A stretch of DNA of 64,000 bases from an uncultured Planctomycetia bacterium (GCA_964597545.1 CAZQXN010000001.1:133655-197654), one strand, 5' to 3'; numbered from the stretch's first letter, positions 1 through 10,069 are shown. Translations and numbers: made by a program. Notes: generated by a model not told the origin, from the sequence alone.

Positions 1-932
1 CGCCTTCGGCCCTTAATAAGAAACCCCAGAGGCGCAGCAACCTTGCGGCCCACAAACGCGGCAGACTTCAAAACCAGCCATACCCACCGACGGCGACTGC
101 ATGCGTACAGCCCTGCCGCCAGGTTAAGACGCAGGAGATGCCGCCAGCGGACAAGCCCGAGCGTCTCAATGATGTCGTCGCGTGAATAATAACCCTCAAA
201 TGCTTCATCCCAGAGCCTCATCCGAAATAAAACCTGAAGCAAGTCCCTCCGAGCGCTTCTGCGTGTTACGGAAAGGGACTGGGGGTGCACCCTAAGGCGA
301 TAGGAGTTGACGCTTAAAAACTTCACATGGACATCCTGCTCGATCATCCGCGCCACGTACTCTGCGTCGACCGGAAGAAACTTTGGGTTGAACAGGCCCA
401 CTTGCGCAATGATGCGCCGCCTGATCCACAAGCCCATGCTGCAAATAACAAAATTGTAGCGATCTAGCAGGTGACCAAAGTTATCCTTCAGCCGGGCCTC
501 GGGTGGCAGCCAAAGGTAATGGAGAAGCGCTTCCTGCTGGCCGGCCGGATCGCAACGATACTTCTCGCCACCGCACACCAAGGCATCAAGCTCTGGATGA
601 TCGCGAAACACCTTCAAGATTTGCTTGACGGCATTCGCATAGAGGGTGTCGTCATCCGCCAAGAGCTTGATGTATTCGCCTCGCGCCAGAAGCACCCCCT
701 TGTTGAAAGCATGCCCCTCCCCCTTATCCGGTTCAGATACGAACTCCGAGATGATATCTCTATGGGCCCGTACCACCTCCTGGGTTCGGTCCGTAGAACC
801 CCCATCGATGACGAGCAGCTCGTCTTCGGGGGTAAGGTATTCGCGCGCGTTCTGGAGCGCACGCTCCAGGAAATCGGCCCGGTTGAGGGTTGTCAGAATG
901 TAGCTGACCCTTGCTTTGGTCTTGTCAGACAT
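1..932 (-). CDS. Family 2 glycosyltransferase, partial (C-terminus runs off the window edge)
   Basis: Reverse-complement reading from ATG at 932 gives MSDKTKARVSYILTTLNRADFLERALQ...LVIDGGSTDRTQEVV. This is a GT-A/GT2-type DGGSxD region. The frame stays open to position 1. The + strand ORF 471..935 in the track is its antisense shadow. Confidence 0.55.
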   Translation of the reverse strand, partial: MSDKTKARVSYILTTLNRADFLERALQNAREYLTPEDELLVIDGGSTDRTQEVVRAHRDIISEFVSEPDKGEGHAFNKGVLLARGEYIKLLADDDTLYANAVKQILKVFRDHPELDALVCGGEKYRCDPAGQQEALLHYLWLPPEARLKDNFGHLLDRYNFVICSMGLWIRRRIIAQVGLFNPKFLPVDAEYVARMIEQDVHVKFLSVNSYRLRVHPQSLSVTRRSARRDLLQVLFRMRLWDEAFEGYYSRDDIIETLGLVRWRHLLRLNLAAGLYACSRRRWVWLVLKSAAFVGRKVAAPLGFLIKGRR

Positions 933-991
933 TGAAGTCAATTGCGCTGCTTTTTGTTTTCATCGGACATTTTAGTATCTCGCTAACCTGT

Positions 992-3463
992 TTAGAATAC
1001 ATCAACATTCTCTGAGGCTAGAAGCACATTTCCAACCTGATCCAACCGAACAACCAGAAACCGCTTTGCCTGCCCGGGAACAAGGTCTTTGCTCAACACA
1101 CCTCTTGCGCGCTCGAGAAAGGTCTGTCGAGAAACGCGTTGGGGTGAATATCCCAGCGCGATGTACTTCTGGGCAGGAACACCAAGGCGGGCAGCCTCAT
1201 CTCCATACGCCATCATGGACCGAGCATGATAACGCAACCCTTCATTCCAAGCGCCCCCTTCCCATTCCCGCTCCACCCGGCACCCGCTCGCTGCCAGATA
1301 AGCTGCAAACTTCGGACATTCGCTTGCGTAAACGCCAAGGACCCGCAAGAAGCTGGGGGGGCTGACCCAGATCAACTCTCCGGATTGTTCGCAATGCTCA
1401 AAAACCATGCGCATTGTCTCTGGAAAGGACCAGGGAGCCGCGTTTCGCTGAATCGCCTGATCTACCAGAACGATCAATTCTCCTGCCGTCTGGCAACAGG
1501 AACGAGACAGGGACGCCAGCCCCTCCAGCTGCTGCTCCCTTTTCAAAGAGAACCAGGACTCGCGCAATGCGTCCCCTTCAGCGACAGCCTGATGGGCCGA
1601 TGGGGGAACTTCCAGGCGTGCCTGTTGAGCGAGCAAAACGGTGTATTTCAAGCTGTGGAGCGAAGCGAGCAGGGTGCGCACGCGCAGAGGGCGAATCCGA
1701 GCATAATATAGGAAATCAAAGGGTATTTTGACCAGCAGATAATCTACCAACATCCCTAGGGCGCAGCCGGAGACAAGTCTCTCGGGAACCTTCGGTTCGG
1801 GCAGGACGCTGCCCCAAAGATGCCGCAGGCGGAAGGTAGGGTACCAAGCAGGCAGATGGATCCAGGCAGACTCCGGGCAGAAATAGGGCAGGTGGGTTAG
1901 ATGCTTCTGTGCCCAATCCGGAAAGGCTGTGGGTTCAAATGGCGCAGGATCAACCGATCGGCCACCGGGGAAGACCACGATGAAATCGAGATCGGAGATC
2001 CCCGGCGTCTTGACCGCTCCAACCTGATAAATAGCAAGGGGAGGCTGGGGGAGTTCGGCCCAGACAGAAATAACCCGCTCTGTGATTTTCTCATAATCCG
2101 CCATGCAAGCTTCGGGCGGGAGATCTTCCAGGGAGCTTTGGGGAATGTCGTCGAAGTAATGAAATGCCGACCCCGCCCTGCCAAGGGAAGGCTTGGTAGA
2201 GTGGGGAACGCCATCTGTGCCGACCGATATCCTGCCGGAAGGAGATAGAATGTTCCTTCTCATTGCTTCCAGCAGACGCAAGACCCGTCCCGGATAGTCT
2301 GGACCGAGCACGTTGGCCGCTTCCTGTGCCCGCTGGCAACTGGATGGGCACCGGAGGAGCTGCCGGGTAAGCAACCCCGGCCACTGCAGCCAGCGAGCAG
2401 TTGCCACAAGCTGCTGGGACGGTTTTGGTCTTGGGCCGAGTTGTCTTCTGAGCCTAGAGGCTGTCCGAATGGGCTCCCAAACCTCCGAAGAGAAATCCCG
2501 CTCTGCCAGTGAGAAGGTTTCCCGCTTATAGCGGAAAGTGCCTGTCCGCCGCTGGAGATAGAGCGCAGGGAGAATCAAGGTGCAGCCCAGGATACACTCC
2601 AGCTCATGGCCGTCTCTCAAAACCAGAGGATCGGAAGGCCAACGCTCAAAGAGCGCCTGAAGGTCGTCCAACAGTCGATCCGTCACCCCTTCGGATGGAG
2701 AAGCGCAGAGCCAAAGCGCCTCGGAGAGGCCGGCGAGGTCCGCGCCGTAGCCAAACAAGACCGAAGGGAAAAGCGCCTCCGGGTAACGTCTAAAATCCAT
2801 CTCGGCCAGATAGAAAGGGCCGTGGTGCATGAAGGGATCAAAGGCATGGGTGAGCGTTAGGATCTGGGATGCCAGCCGGCGCAGGCGCAATAAGTTCTTG
2901 GGGCTTTTCAAGGCAGAGGTCCGTACGACAAAGGCCAAATCCATGTCGCTGAAACCCGGCACGTCGTCCAGGGTTGCAATGCTTCCATGAACCATCGCGC
3001 GCTTGAAAAAGGCCGCCCCCTCCTTCAGGAGAAGCCGCTGCAGCAGATGCACGGGCCCATATTTCCGCTCGTGTCCGCCTGATTGCATCCAACCCTCATA
3101 GGGCTGCCCGGATGAAAGCTGGCGGAACGCCGCCCCCGTTGGCAAAAACGCATCCCATTGGCAATAGGCGTAGGCGAGCGCTTCAGAGAAACGGTGCAGT
3201 GGAATCTTCTTTTGCGTGGAGGAGAAACTGAGCCGATGGGAAAGAATTCCTAGCTTGCGAAAAGCCCCCGAGACTCGCAGAAGGGATTCTGGGGTAAGAG
3301 ATCGTTTTTGTCCAAGATAGGATCTTGGCGATAACCCCGTCAGGCTGCCGTACAGAAAGTATTGAAGCGCATGGTACAGTTCGAGCTGGGCTGCTTGAGC
3401 ATTATCGAGATAACCGCTCTCCTCAGACACAACTGCTCTCACCCTGATCGCTCCCTCTTCCAA
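992..3463 (-). CDS. Large (823 aa) protein with two Pol-beta-type minimal nucleotidyltransferase motifs
   Basis: Two hG[GS]-x9-13-Dh[DE]h signatures: HGSIATLDDVPGFSDMDLAFVV and GAVKTPGISDLDFIVVF. Its start overlaps the upstream GT9-like gene by 25 nt, which places it in the glycan operon. Confidence 0.45.
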   Translation of the reverse strand: MEEGAIRVRAVVSEESGYLDNAQAAQLELYHALQYFLYGSLTGLSPRSYLGQKRSLTPESLLRVSGAFRKLGILSHRLSFSSTQKKIPLHRFSEALAYAYCQWDAFLPTGAAFRQLSSGQPYEGWMQSGGHERKYGPVHLLQRLLLKEGAAFFKRAMVHGSIATLDDVPGFSDMDLAFVVRTSALKSPKNLLRLRRLASQILTLTHAFDPFMHHGPFYLAEMDFRRYPEALFPSVLFGYGADLAGLSEALWLCASPSEGVTDRLLDDLQALFERWPSDPLVLRDGHELECILGCTLILPALYLQRRTGTFRYKRETFSLAERDFSSEVWEPIRTASRLRRQLGPRPKPSQQLVATARWLQWPGLLTRQLLRCPSSCQRAQEAANVLGPDYPGRVLRLLEAMRRNILSPSGRISVGTDGVPHSTKPSLGRAGSAFHYFDDIPQSSLEDLPPEACMADYEKITERVISVWAELPQPPLAIYQVGAVKTPGISDLDFIVVFPGGRSVDPAPFEPTAFPDWAQKHLTHLPYFCPESAWIHLPAWYPTFRLRHLWGSVLPEPKVPERLVSGCALGMLVDYLLVKIPFDFLYYARIRPLRVRTLLASLHSLKYTVLLAQQARLEVPPSAHQAVAEGDALRESWFSLKREQQLEGLASLSRSCCQTAGELIVLVDQAIQRNAAPWSFPETMRMVFEHCEQSGELIWVSPPSFLRVLGVYASECPKFAAYLAASGCRVEREWEGGAWNEGLRYHARSMMAYGDEAARLGVPAQKYIALGYSPQRVSRQTFLERARGVLSKDLVPGQAKRFLVVRLDQVGNVLLASENVDVF

Positions 3464-4416
3464 TCAAGAAACCGAGGCAGGATTATGGTTTCAAGCGCTT
3501 CATCTGGATTCACCGCGCTGGCGTTAAGCAAGCCGTTAGGAATCGGATTCTCTTTCCAGAGGGGTGGTGTCCAAAATCCTTTTTGAATCTCTTGAAAACC
3601 TACATCATCAAATAGATTGATGGTTGGAACCTGCGCATACCAGAAGAAGATTTCAAATCCACCTCGCCCGCCCAGGAACAGGTGGGCTTTCCTTCCAATT
3701 GCCAAAAGCGGACGAAGCCCAAGGCCCTTGCGATAACTGTCAACGGCCGAGACCGTCTTGGCTTCACGAAGAGGCGGTACCCTTTCGTGCTCAGTGGACC
3801 CCATGGCAAGGACGCGCACGTCGTCACCCATGATCTTGTTCTGGATAATGCGCTGATAAATCTGGTGCAGCTGAGCGGCGCTGCGACGGAAATGGATGGC
3901 GACCACAAATTTTTTGCCAAGCATGTGGCGCTCCCAAAAGCGTGCCGCAATGGTTTCGTCCTCCGGAGTAAAGAGTTCGGTCAAAATCTCTTGGTACTGT
4001 GAGGGCGTCGCCTGCCCTCCGTACCTCTTTGCGGCTTCGGGCGGATACCAATACTCGCCCAGGGCCTTGTTCAAGTCGGCCCCACGGAGTTCGTGTATGA
4101 AGGAAAAATTCTCCAGATATTCCTGTCTGTAGTTGACCTTGTCTCCATGAGCATCGGTCATGCGCCGTGCCGTGTCATAGGAAAGGCCGGCGGGGTTGTT
4201 CGGGGAATCGTCGTCTCGGTACAAGACGACGAGCTTTAGGTGGGGTGTGGCGCGCTTTGCGCGCTTTAAAAGAGGAGCCATCGAGATGATGTCCCCAAGG
4301 CCCCCATGAAGAATGATGACGCGTCTTCGGCCAAGCAAACAAGCCAGCCGATGCCGCAATTTGAACAGACCCCGGAGGACCAACGCGACCGGCCCGCGAG
4401 GCAAGATGCTCCTCAT
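3439..4416 (-). CDS. GT9-like (heptosyltransferase-family) glycosyltransferase
   Basis: VIILHGGLGDIISMAPLLKRAKRATPHLKLVVL resembles the GT9 N-terminal LGDxxxxxP signature. ATGA-type 4-nt overlap with the upstream gene. Confidence 0.5.
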   Translation of the reverse strand: MRSILPRGPVALVLRGLFKLRHRLACLLGRRRVIILHGGLGDIISMAPLLKRAKRATPHLKLVVLYRDDDSPNNPAGLSYDTARRMTDAHGDKVNYRQEYLENFSFIHELRGADLNKALGEYWYPPEAAKRYGGQATPSQYQEILTELFTPEDETIAARFWERHMLGKKFVVAIHFRRSAAQLHQIYQRIIQNKIMGDDVRVLAMGSTEHERVPPLREAKTVSAVDSYRKGLGLRPLLAIGRKAHLFLGGRGGFEIFFWYAQVPTINLFDDVGFQEIQKGFWTPPLWKENPIPNGLLNASAVNPDEALETIILPRFLDWKRERSG

Positions 4417-5348
4417 CCCTTTTCTTGCTCAACCGCTCGCTTCAATTCCTTCTTCCAGCCCTGGACTTGGCCGAGGTCCACATGAAAGAGCCAAACGCCC
4501 TGGGCTGCCAGGGCGGCTAATTCCGCAGCGCTGTTTGGATGCCCCCAGTACTGAATCTTGATTTGGTAGCGGGAAGCGGCTTTAACCGTATCTGCGTAGG
4601 ATGCTTGAAGGTCGCCGGCAAAGAAAGATTCATGGTGGTTGAAGATGTTGACGCCATGCCGGTATGCCTTCTTAAGTTCCTCCGCCAAGCCTCCCTGATG
4701 CTCATCCGGCTCTACGACCCAAATCTTGTAAGGGAAATCGTAAACCCGACAGTGAGCATCTATGTACCTCTCATTCACGTAGGGAATAATCCGATCCAAC
4801 GCGCCGCTGCAGGAGGCGGCCCGCTCCACCATCTTTTCACAAATGAACCTGCACAGCTTAGGGTCTCTCTTTTCCTTCCGGCGAGCAACATTCTCCTTGA
4901 TGTCCACGATGAGGTAGGTATCTGTGTAGCGTTTCATGAGTTGCATGACGTCATTCAAATCGAGCGGGGTGTACTTACCGTGGTATCTAAGCTTTTTGAA
5001 ATTTCGCAATGTCGTGCGTGAAATCTCCCCTTCAATCCCAAACCGATCGACCATCGGCGGATGAAAAGCAACCACTTGGTCATCTGCCGTAACGCACAGG
5101 TCAATCTCAAACACCTTGATGCCTTGACGGAGGCTGGACATCCATGCTTCCAGGGAATTCGTATACGCGCGTCCCTCGATGGTACCTAAGGCATAAGCGC
5201 TTAAGACCGGCGGTTCTCCAAATGCACTCAAATCTGGAGCGCGCTTGGGGGTGCGCGGCGGCAAGCGAAAGAGGCGCTTGAAACGCTGGAAGGGGCCCTT
5301 CATCTTCAGATCGGTCAATGCGCCATTTCGATAGAGCGATTGATCCAT
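4413..5348 (-). CDS. Glycerophosphodiester phosphodiesterase (GDPD)-like protein
   Basis: LGTIEGRAYTNSLEAW...GIKVFEIDLCVTADDQVVAFHP matches the GDPD/PI-PLC-X TIM-barrel signature. The start may instead be the internal Met (MKGPF) at 5303, which would remove the 34-nt overlap. Confidence 0.45.
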   Translation of the reverse strand: MDQSLYRNGALTDLKMKGPFQRFKRLFRLPPRTPKRAPDLSAFGEPPVLSAYALGTIEGRAYTNSLEAWMSSLRQGIKVFEIDLCVTADDQVVAFHPPMVDRFGIEGEISRTTLRNFKKLRYHGKYTPLDLNDVMQLMKRYTDTYLIVDIKENVARRKEKRDPKLCRFICEKMVERAASCSGALDRIIPYVNERYIDAHCRVYDFPYKIWVVEPDEHQGGLAEELKKAYRHGVNIFNHHESFFAGDLQASYADTVKAASRYQIKIQYWGHPNSAAELAALAAQGVWLFHVDLGQVQGWKKELKRAVEQEKG

Positions 5349-7402
5349 CGGACGGCGCTGGCCAGCGCGTAGAGGGCCTGCTCCTCGCTGATCCTAAGCC
5401 GAAAAGGAATCAGGCGAACCAGATGGAGGCCCATATAGAACAGGCCTTTGAGATACGCTTGCTCTTCAGAACAACCCAGGATATTCGACCAACGCTTCAG
5501 GCAGAGCTTCAGAATCTCCTCCTTTGGTGCATCTGCCGCGTACAGGAGGACAACCCCCTTTGCGTCGGAAAAATCGCACAGCTTGAGGTTATGGGACACC
5601 CACTCTTCGTATCTGCCAACCAACGATTGGAACAATTTTCCAATGTCCAGCTCCGGCGCGTCAAAGTAGTCTGCCCCGTCCATGTCGATGACCTTCACGT
5701 CCCCCTCAAAACACATGATGTTCTCAAAGGTCAAATCCCCATGGACAATGCAGAGGCGGCTGGGTGCGAGATGGCGAATCGTCGGAAGCGCCGCTGCTTG
5801 CGAGAGCAAGCTCCTCAGCCCAGGATACACCTTGCCATCGATGCGGACCTCTCCGCCGCCAGCGAGCTGCGCAAGCCGAGGGTGGGTCTGCAGGGCGTCC
5901 AGCTTTGGATAAATCTTCTTGGCTAAATGTGCCGCGAGCCAGTCGCCGCTTGCAGTGCTGGTGTGAACGCTGGTGGCGTAGAGGTGATCCTCAAGAAGCT
6001 CCAACAACCGCTGCAAACTTGAGAGCTTTTCCTGTGTCGAGCACGCAGAGAGCAGCTTGTGCTTGGGGAGGTACTCCATGTCGTAGTAATACTCAAATGA
6101 GTTGTCGCTCTCTCCGTAGAGTCCCGGGACAAGCTTCGCACAAATGCGGGAGAACCGCTCTAGGGTTTGATACTGACCCTTGAGCTTTCCATATCCCAAA
6201 GCAAGGTCTGTCTGCTTCGAAGCCTGCTTTCGAATGAACAGCTTCTCCTCGTCTGCCACCAGGAACGTCTCGGAGAAGGAACCCCCTTTAAGGCGTTTCA
6301 ACGGTGTTGGATGGAGCGGTTGAATATCAACATGGGCAAGCCCCTGGTCTCGCTTCACCTCGTACGACGCCGCCTGCGGCACCAGTATGGCTGAGGGTTT
6401 TCGATCGTTCACCAAGTATCTCGGGCCGCTGGGTAATCCCATCATGAGATCCTGGAAGGGTACGCCGGCCTTCAGCAAGGCCCCCTTCAGGGCGGCTTCC
6501 TCGGACGGATGCCTGGAGGTCATGAGAATAATGCGATAGCCCTTCTGGGTCCAGTCTCTGAGCTTCTCCGAGCTTCCAGGCAACAACTCAAGGGGATGAT
6601 CGTAGCTGGGTTTGTCTTCGTGCTTGACCAGGGTACCGTCGATGTCACAGAAGATCGCACCCGAGAAGATGTTTCGCTGGATGCGCACCTGCAATAAACG
6701 CTTCTTGTCTCCAAAAAACTCCGCTTGCCGAATGCGTACCGCCTGGATTGTTTTTCCTTCGGCGATCATCTGTTTGACGACTTCTGAGATATAGAGGCTG
6801 TGGCTGCGCCGAATCCGCTCAGTTACAGCAGCGGCGTCTGCAAAGTAGTAGCATCCGATGACGCCGACAAACTCCCCTTCGCCCGCAGGGAGCTCCTTTT
6901 CGGCGATTCCGGTTATGCGATCGCGCTCGGCAAGCGAAGCGACGCTCCAGGCTTTGAGGTCTTCGCCCTGGAGACTCCATACCGGAAGCACGCAATCCGC
7001 CTTGCTGTCCTCGCCAATCAGCTCAAAGAGCGGGTCCACATTCACCGAATGATCGCAGTCGCAGATGATCGCTCGACCGCTCAGGGCGCCCTCTTGGACT
7101 GCCAACGCCAATGTCTCGGCCGGCCCCTGCGTTGGCCGCTTAAGGTGGATGGTATCGAATGGGATGCCCCCGAGGATACCCTTCAGTCGAGCGCTGACCG
7201 CAAACTCTGATTCCTGTTCCTCCAGGTAAACAAAAACCACCCTGCCGATCTTGGACATCCACTTCATAAAAGGCCGGATGGCTGCCTCGATAAAAGTTTC
7301 CTCGCCGACCTTGAGGAACGGTTTGTACTTATAGCCGAATCGAGCGCCCCGTCCTGCCATCGGGAAAATGAGCGTAAGCGGATCCTCGAGCTTTTTCTTC
7401 AT
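5315..7402 (-). CDS. Trifunctional fusion: N-terminal sugar/head-group nucleotidyltransferase, HAD phosphatase, C-terminal APH/choline-kinase-like kinase
   Basis: N-terminal PMAGRGARFG (GxGxR NTP-transferase motif). Middle IFCDIDGTLV...LMTSR...NDRKP (HAD motifs I-III). C-terminal CIVHGDLTFENIM...VIDMDGAD (Brenner HGDxxxxN plus DxD kinase motifs). Confidence 0.6.
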   Translation of the reverse strand: MKKKLEDPLTLIFPMAGRGARFGYKYKPFLKVGEETFIEAAIRPFMKWMSKIGRVVFVYLEEQESEFAVSARLKGILGGIPFDTIHLKRPTQGPAETLALAVQEGALSGRAIICDCDHSVNVDPLFELIGEDSKADCVLPVWSLQGEDLKAWSVASLAERDRITGIAEKELPAGEGEFVGVIGCYYFADAAAVTERIRRSHSLYISEVVKQMIAEGKTIQAVRIRQAEFFGDKKRLLQVRIQRNIFSGAIFCDIDGTLVKHEDKPSYDHPLELLPGSSEKLRDWTQKGYRIILMTSRHPSEEAALKGALLKAGVPFQDLMMGLPSGPRYLVNDRKPSAILVPQAASYEVKRDQGLAHVDIQPLHPTPLKRLKGGSFSETFLVADEEKLFIRKQASKQTDLALGYGKLKGQYQTLERFSRICAKLVPGLYGESDNSFEYYYDMEYLPKHKLLSACSTQEKLSSLQRLLELLEDHLYATSVHTSTASGDWLAAHLAKKIYPKLDALQTHPRLAQLAGGGEVRIDGKVYPGLRSLLSQAAALPTIRHLAPSRLCIVHGDLTFENIMCFEGDVKVIDMDGADYFDAPELDIGKLFQSLVGRYEEWVSHNLKLCDFSDAKGVVLLYAADAPKEEILKLCLKRWSNILGCSEEQAYLKGLFYMGLHLVRLIPFRLRISEEQALYALASAVRWINRSIEMAH

Positions 7403-8109
7403 ATCTGGTACCCGGAAGTGGCGGCGTCTCGGTGGAACATCCTGACAGTTTCCAACGAAAATTCAGCCAGATCCTTGCCGAACAAATCCAGTTTGGGAAG
7501 CATATCGTAGGGGACGGTGATGATGTGGCAACCCTGTTGTGCAGCAACAACAATGCTGTAGATCTCCCTGCAGCTTGCCCAGAGCACCTCCAGTTTGGGC
7601 TTCGCGCGGGCTCCCTCCAGCGCATGGCGAATGATCGGGCCAGGATCTACCCCCGCGTCTGCAATGCGGCCTGCGAAAACGGAGAGGATGGCGGATGCAT
7701 CTGGATGAAACTGGGGAATCAGGCTATCGATCTGCTCTTTTGTGAAGACAGCCGTCACGTTGACCTTAACCCTGGCCACAGACAAAGAGGCAATCAGCTC
7801 TGTTGAGGGGCGACCGGAGGTATCTGTAGCCGGGATCTTGACATAGACGTTCTCGCCCCAGCTTGCCAGCTTCAGCGCCTGCTCTTTCATCTCGCCAAAC
7901 GTATCCGCAAAAACCTCCAAGGAAACCGGCAGTCCCTGGGCAACATCGAGCAAGCTCTTGGCGAACCTCTCATAATCCCTTACCTTCGCCTTCGCCATGA
8001 GGGTAGGATTGGTGGTGAAGCCCTTTACGCAATACTGCCGGATGAGGCGGGGGACGTCCCCCAGGTTGGCCCCATCGGCAAAGATCTTAATGTCTGGGAT
8101 CTTTCCCAT
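7399..8109 (-). CDS. Transaldolase-family protein, short FSA/TalC-like form
   Basis: GFTTNPTLM matches the TTNPSL transaldolase motif. Length of 236 aa fits the fructose-6-phosphate-aldolase-like subfamily. Confidence 0.7.
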   Translation of the reverse strand: MGKIPDIKIFADGANLGDVPRLIRQYCVKGFTTNPTLMAKAKVRDYERFAKSLLDVAQGLPVSLEVFADTFGEMKEQALKLASWGENVYVKIPATDTSGRPSTELIASLSVARVKVNVTAVFTKEQIDSLIPQFHPDASAILSVFAGRIADAGVDPGPIIRHALEGARAKPKLEVLWASCREIYSIVVAAQQGCHIITVPYDMLPKLDLFGKDLAEFSLETVRMFHRDAATSGYQI

Positions 8110-8771
8110 TACCGCTTCTCCAGGATGGTCAGCCGGTCTGCCTCTTGGCGTCTGACATATTTGCCCTGGCAGATCTGCTCATCCACCGCCCTGCGAGGCC
8201 CCCCATCCCTTGCCACATAATAACGGTCTGGATCTCTACCCAGACTGGTGCTATGGACAGCGACAATCCCTTTTTCCGACAATAAACCATACAGGATGAA
8301 CAAATCTCGGTTAAGCGCTGCATAGGTATGATTCGCGTCATGAAAGGCCATATCGATCGGCTTGGGAACAAGGCGCCCCGAATCCTTTGCTAATCCAACG
8401 ATGAGTTGGTAGTTGCCAAATCTATGGCTTAAGGCCTGGGCTACTAAATCGTAACTGGGCCAACCGCTGATGTGGGTGTTTGGCTCCACATCCAAGATGC
8501 GGTCAAAACAGTCAAGGCCGTAAAATCTCGTCTTCAGCCCGCTCTGATCACGGCAACTCAACAGCAAACTGAAGGAACCGGCCCAACCTACTCCTATTTC
8601 CAGATAAGTTCTGGGTCGCGCTTCCAGGAATGAGTCCTGAAGCAGCTGTCTTTCTTCGGGTAACAAATCACTTATAAAGAGCTTGCTGGGGTCGCCTCCC
8701 TTAAAATTCTCTTGGGTTGGCACGATGGGCGCAAAGGGGTTTGCATTTCCTAAATGACTGGAGGATGCCAT
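8109..8771 (-). CDS. Class I SAM-dependent methyltransferase (CmcI/Methyltransf_24-like, sugar O-methyltransferase type)
   Basis: YLEIGVGWAGSFSLLL is a SAM-binding motif I. Length and context fit sugar O-methyltransferases. Confidence 0.5.
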   Translation of the reverse strand: MASSSHLGNANPFAPIVPTQENFKGGDPSKLFISDLLPEERQLLQDSFLEARPRTYLEIGVGWAGSFSLLLSCRDQSGLKTRFYGLDCFDRILDVEPNTHISGWPSYDLVAQALSHRFGNYQLIVGLAKDSGRLVPKPIDMAFHDANHTYAALNRDLFILYGLLSEKGIVAVHSTSLGRDPDRYYVARDGGPRRAVDEQICQGKYVRRQEADRLTILEKR

Positions 8772-8806
8772 CTACATAGCTCGCCACGCCGAACCACCCC
8801 AGTCGG

Positions 8807-10066
8807 CTAGCATGAACGGATGGTGTGCCATTTGTGCGGAATGAAACAGGAACCGCACCTGGATTGGCTAAGATAGTTGTGACCTGTTTGGTAGGGGTCG
8901 CAGCGTGTTACCTCAAACTGCGCAGCGCGGTCCCAGAAATCGAGTGGCCGCAACCCCCTAATCCACAGCGCCAAGTCAAAGGTGTATCGGCCTACGCCAA
9001 GGGGGAGAGGGCCTATGGTTAACCCGATGATCTGCTCCTCCGGGGCAAAGTAAACATTGCTCATCTGGTTTGCGGCGCCATGAGACACGGTGCTGCCGTC
9101 GTAGCTTCGAATAAACCAGTCAACATTGAAGCTGCCTGCATTCACCCTCCCTTTCAGCCCAAAGCGGATTTCCATGATGTCTCCGTAACAGAAGCTGTAG
9201 CAAGGGGTTGCGTCTTTGCTCAGCAGCTCTACCCACTCCACGTAGAGCTCCGCATTGGCTGGGGGGGCGCTGCGATGAATCTTCCCTTTTCTCAAGTGTC
9301 CTTCAGTTGCCCCGGACAGCTCGTAGGCTTGAGTGACATCAGAAACTTCCCCGATTGCCTGGATTCCGCCGCGCTCGAGCCAGATGGCCCTAGAACAGAG
9401 TTTTCGGACTGACGTTATATTGTGGCTGATAAAAAGAACCGTGCGCCCTCCCTTGGCCACCTCTCCGATCTTCCCGAGGCATTTCTTTTGGAAAGCCATG
9501 TCCCCTACGGCTAGGACTTCGTCAACCAGCAGGATCTCCGGATCCAGCTGGGCGGCAACCGCAAATGCCAGGCGCATGTACATGCCGCTGGAATAGAATT
9601 TGACTGGCGTGTCGAGGAATCGCTGCAGTTCGGAAAACTCGACGATCTCATCGAATTTTTTCTGGATCTCTCGCCTCCCCATACCAAGGATGGCGCCGTT
9701 GAGATAGATGTTTTCCCGGCCGGTCAGCTCAGGGTGGAAGCCTGTTCCTACTTCGAGCAGAGAGCCAATTCGTCCATAAACCTCGGCATGGCCTCTGGTG
9801 GGTTCCGTAATCTGAGAGAGGATCTTCAAAAGCGTGCTCTTGCCGGCACCATTGCGGCCAACGACGCCAATGACTTCACCCCGATCGACCTCAAAGGAAA
9901 CATCCCTGAGGGCCCAGATGTGTCCCCGGGTGCGACGGGGAAATCGCTTGAAGCGACTCCGGACAAAATTAGCGATGAGATCCCTCAAGGTCTCGTAGGC
10001 GTTGGTCGCTTCTCCGATGGCGTAGCGCTTGCTGATGCTTTTAACTCGGATGGCTATGTTGGGCAT
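8807..10066 (-). CDS. wzt: Polysaccharide ABC exporter ATP-binding protein (Wzt/TagH type) with C-terminal extension domain
   Basis: Walker A GVVGRNGAGKSTLLKIL, ABC signature and Walker B. An extra ~170-aa C-terminal domain is typical of Wzt glycan-cap-binding domains. Confidence 0.8.
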   Translation of the reverse strand: MPNIAIRVKSISKRYAIGEATNAYETLRDLIANFVRSRFKRFPRRTRGHIWALRDVSFEVDRGEVIGVVGRNGAGKSTLLKILSQITEPTRGHAEVYGRIGSLLEVGTGFHPELTGRENIYLNGAILGMGRREIQKKFDEIVEFSELQRFLDTPVKFYSSGMYMRLAFAVAAQLDPEILLVDEVLAVGDMAFQKKCLGKIGEVAKGGRTVLFISHNITSVRKLCSRAIWLERGGIQAIGEVSDVTQAYELSGATEGHLRKGKIHRSAPPANAELYVEWVELLSKDATPCYSFCYGDIMEIRFGLKGRVNAGSFNVDWFIRSYDGSTVSHGAANQMSNVYFAPEEQIIGLTIGPLPLGVGRYTFDLALWIRGLRPLDFWDRAAQFEVTRCDPYQTGHNYLSQSRCGSCFIPHKWHTIRSC

Positions 10067-10069
10067 GGG

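Noticed and set aside
471-935. + strand 154-aa ORF
   Set aside because: It lies antisense to a GT2 glycosyltransferase reading frame that has clear motifs (DGGSTD) and no recognisable features of its own.
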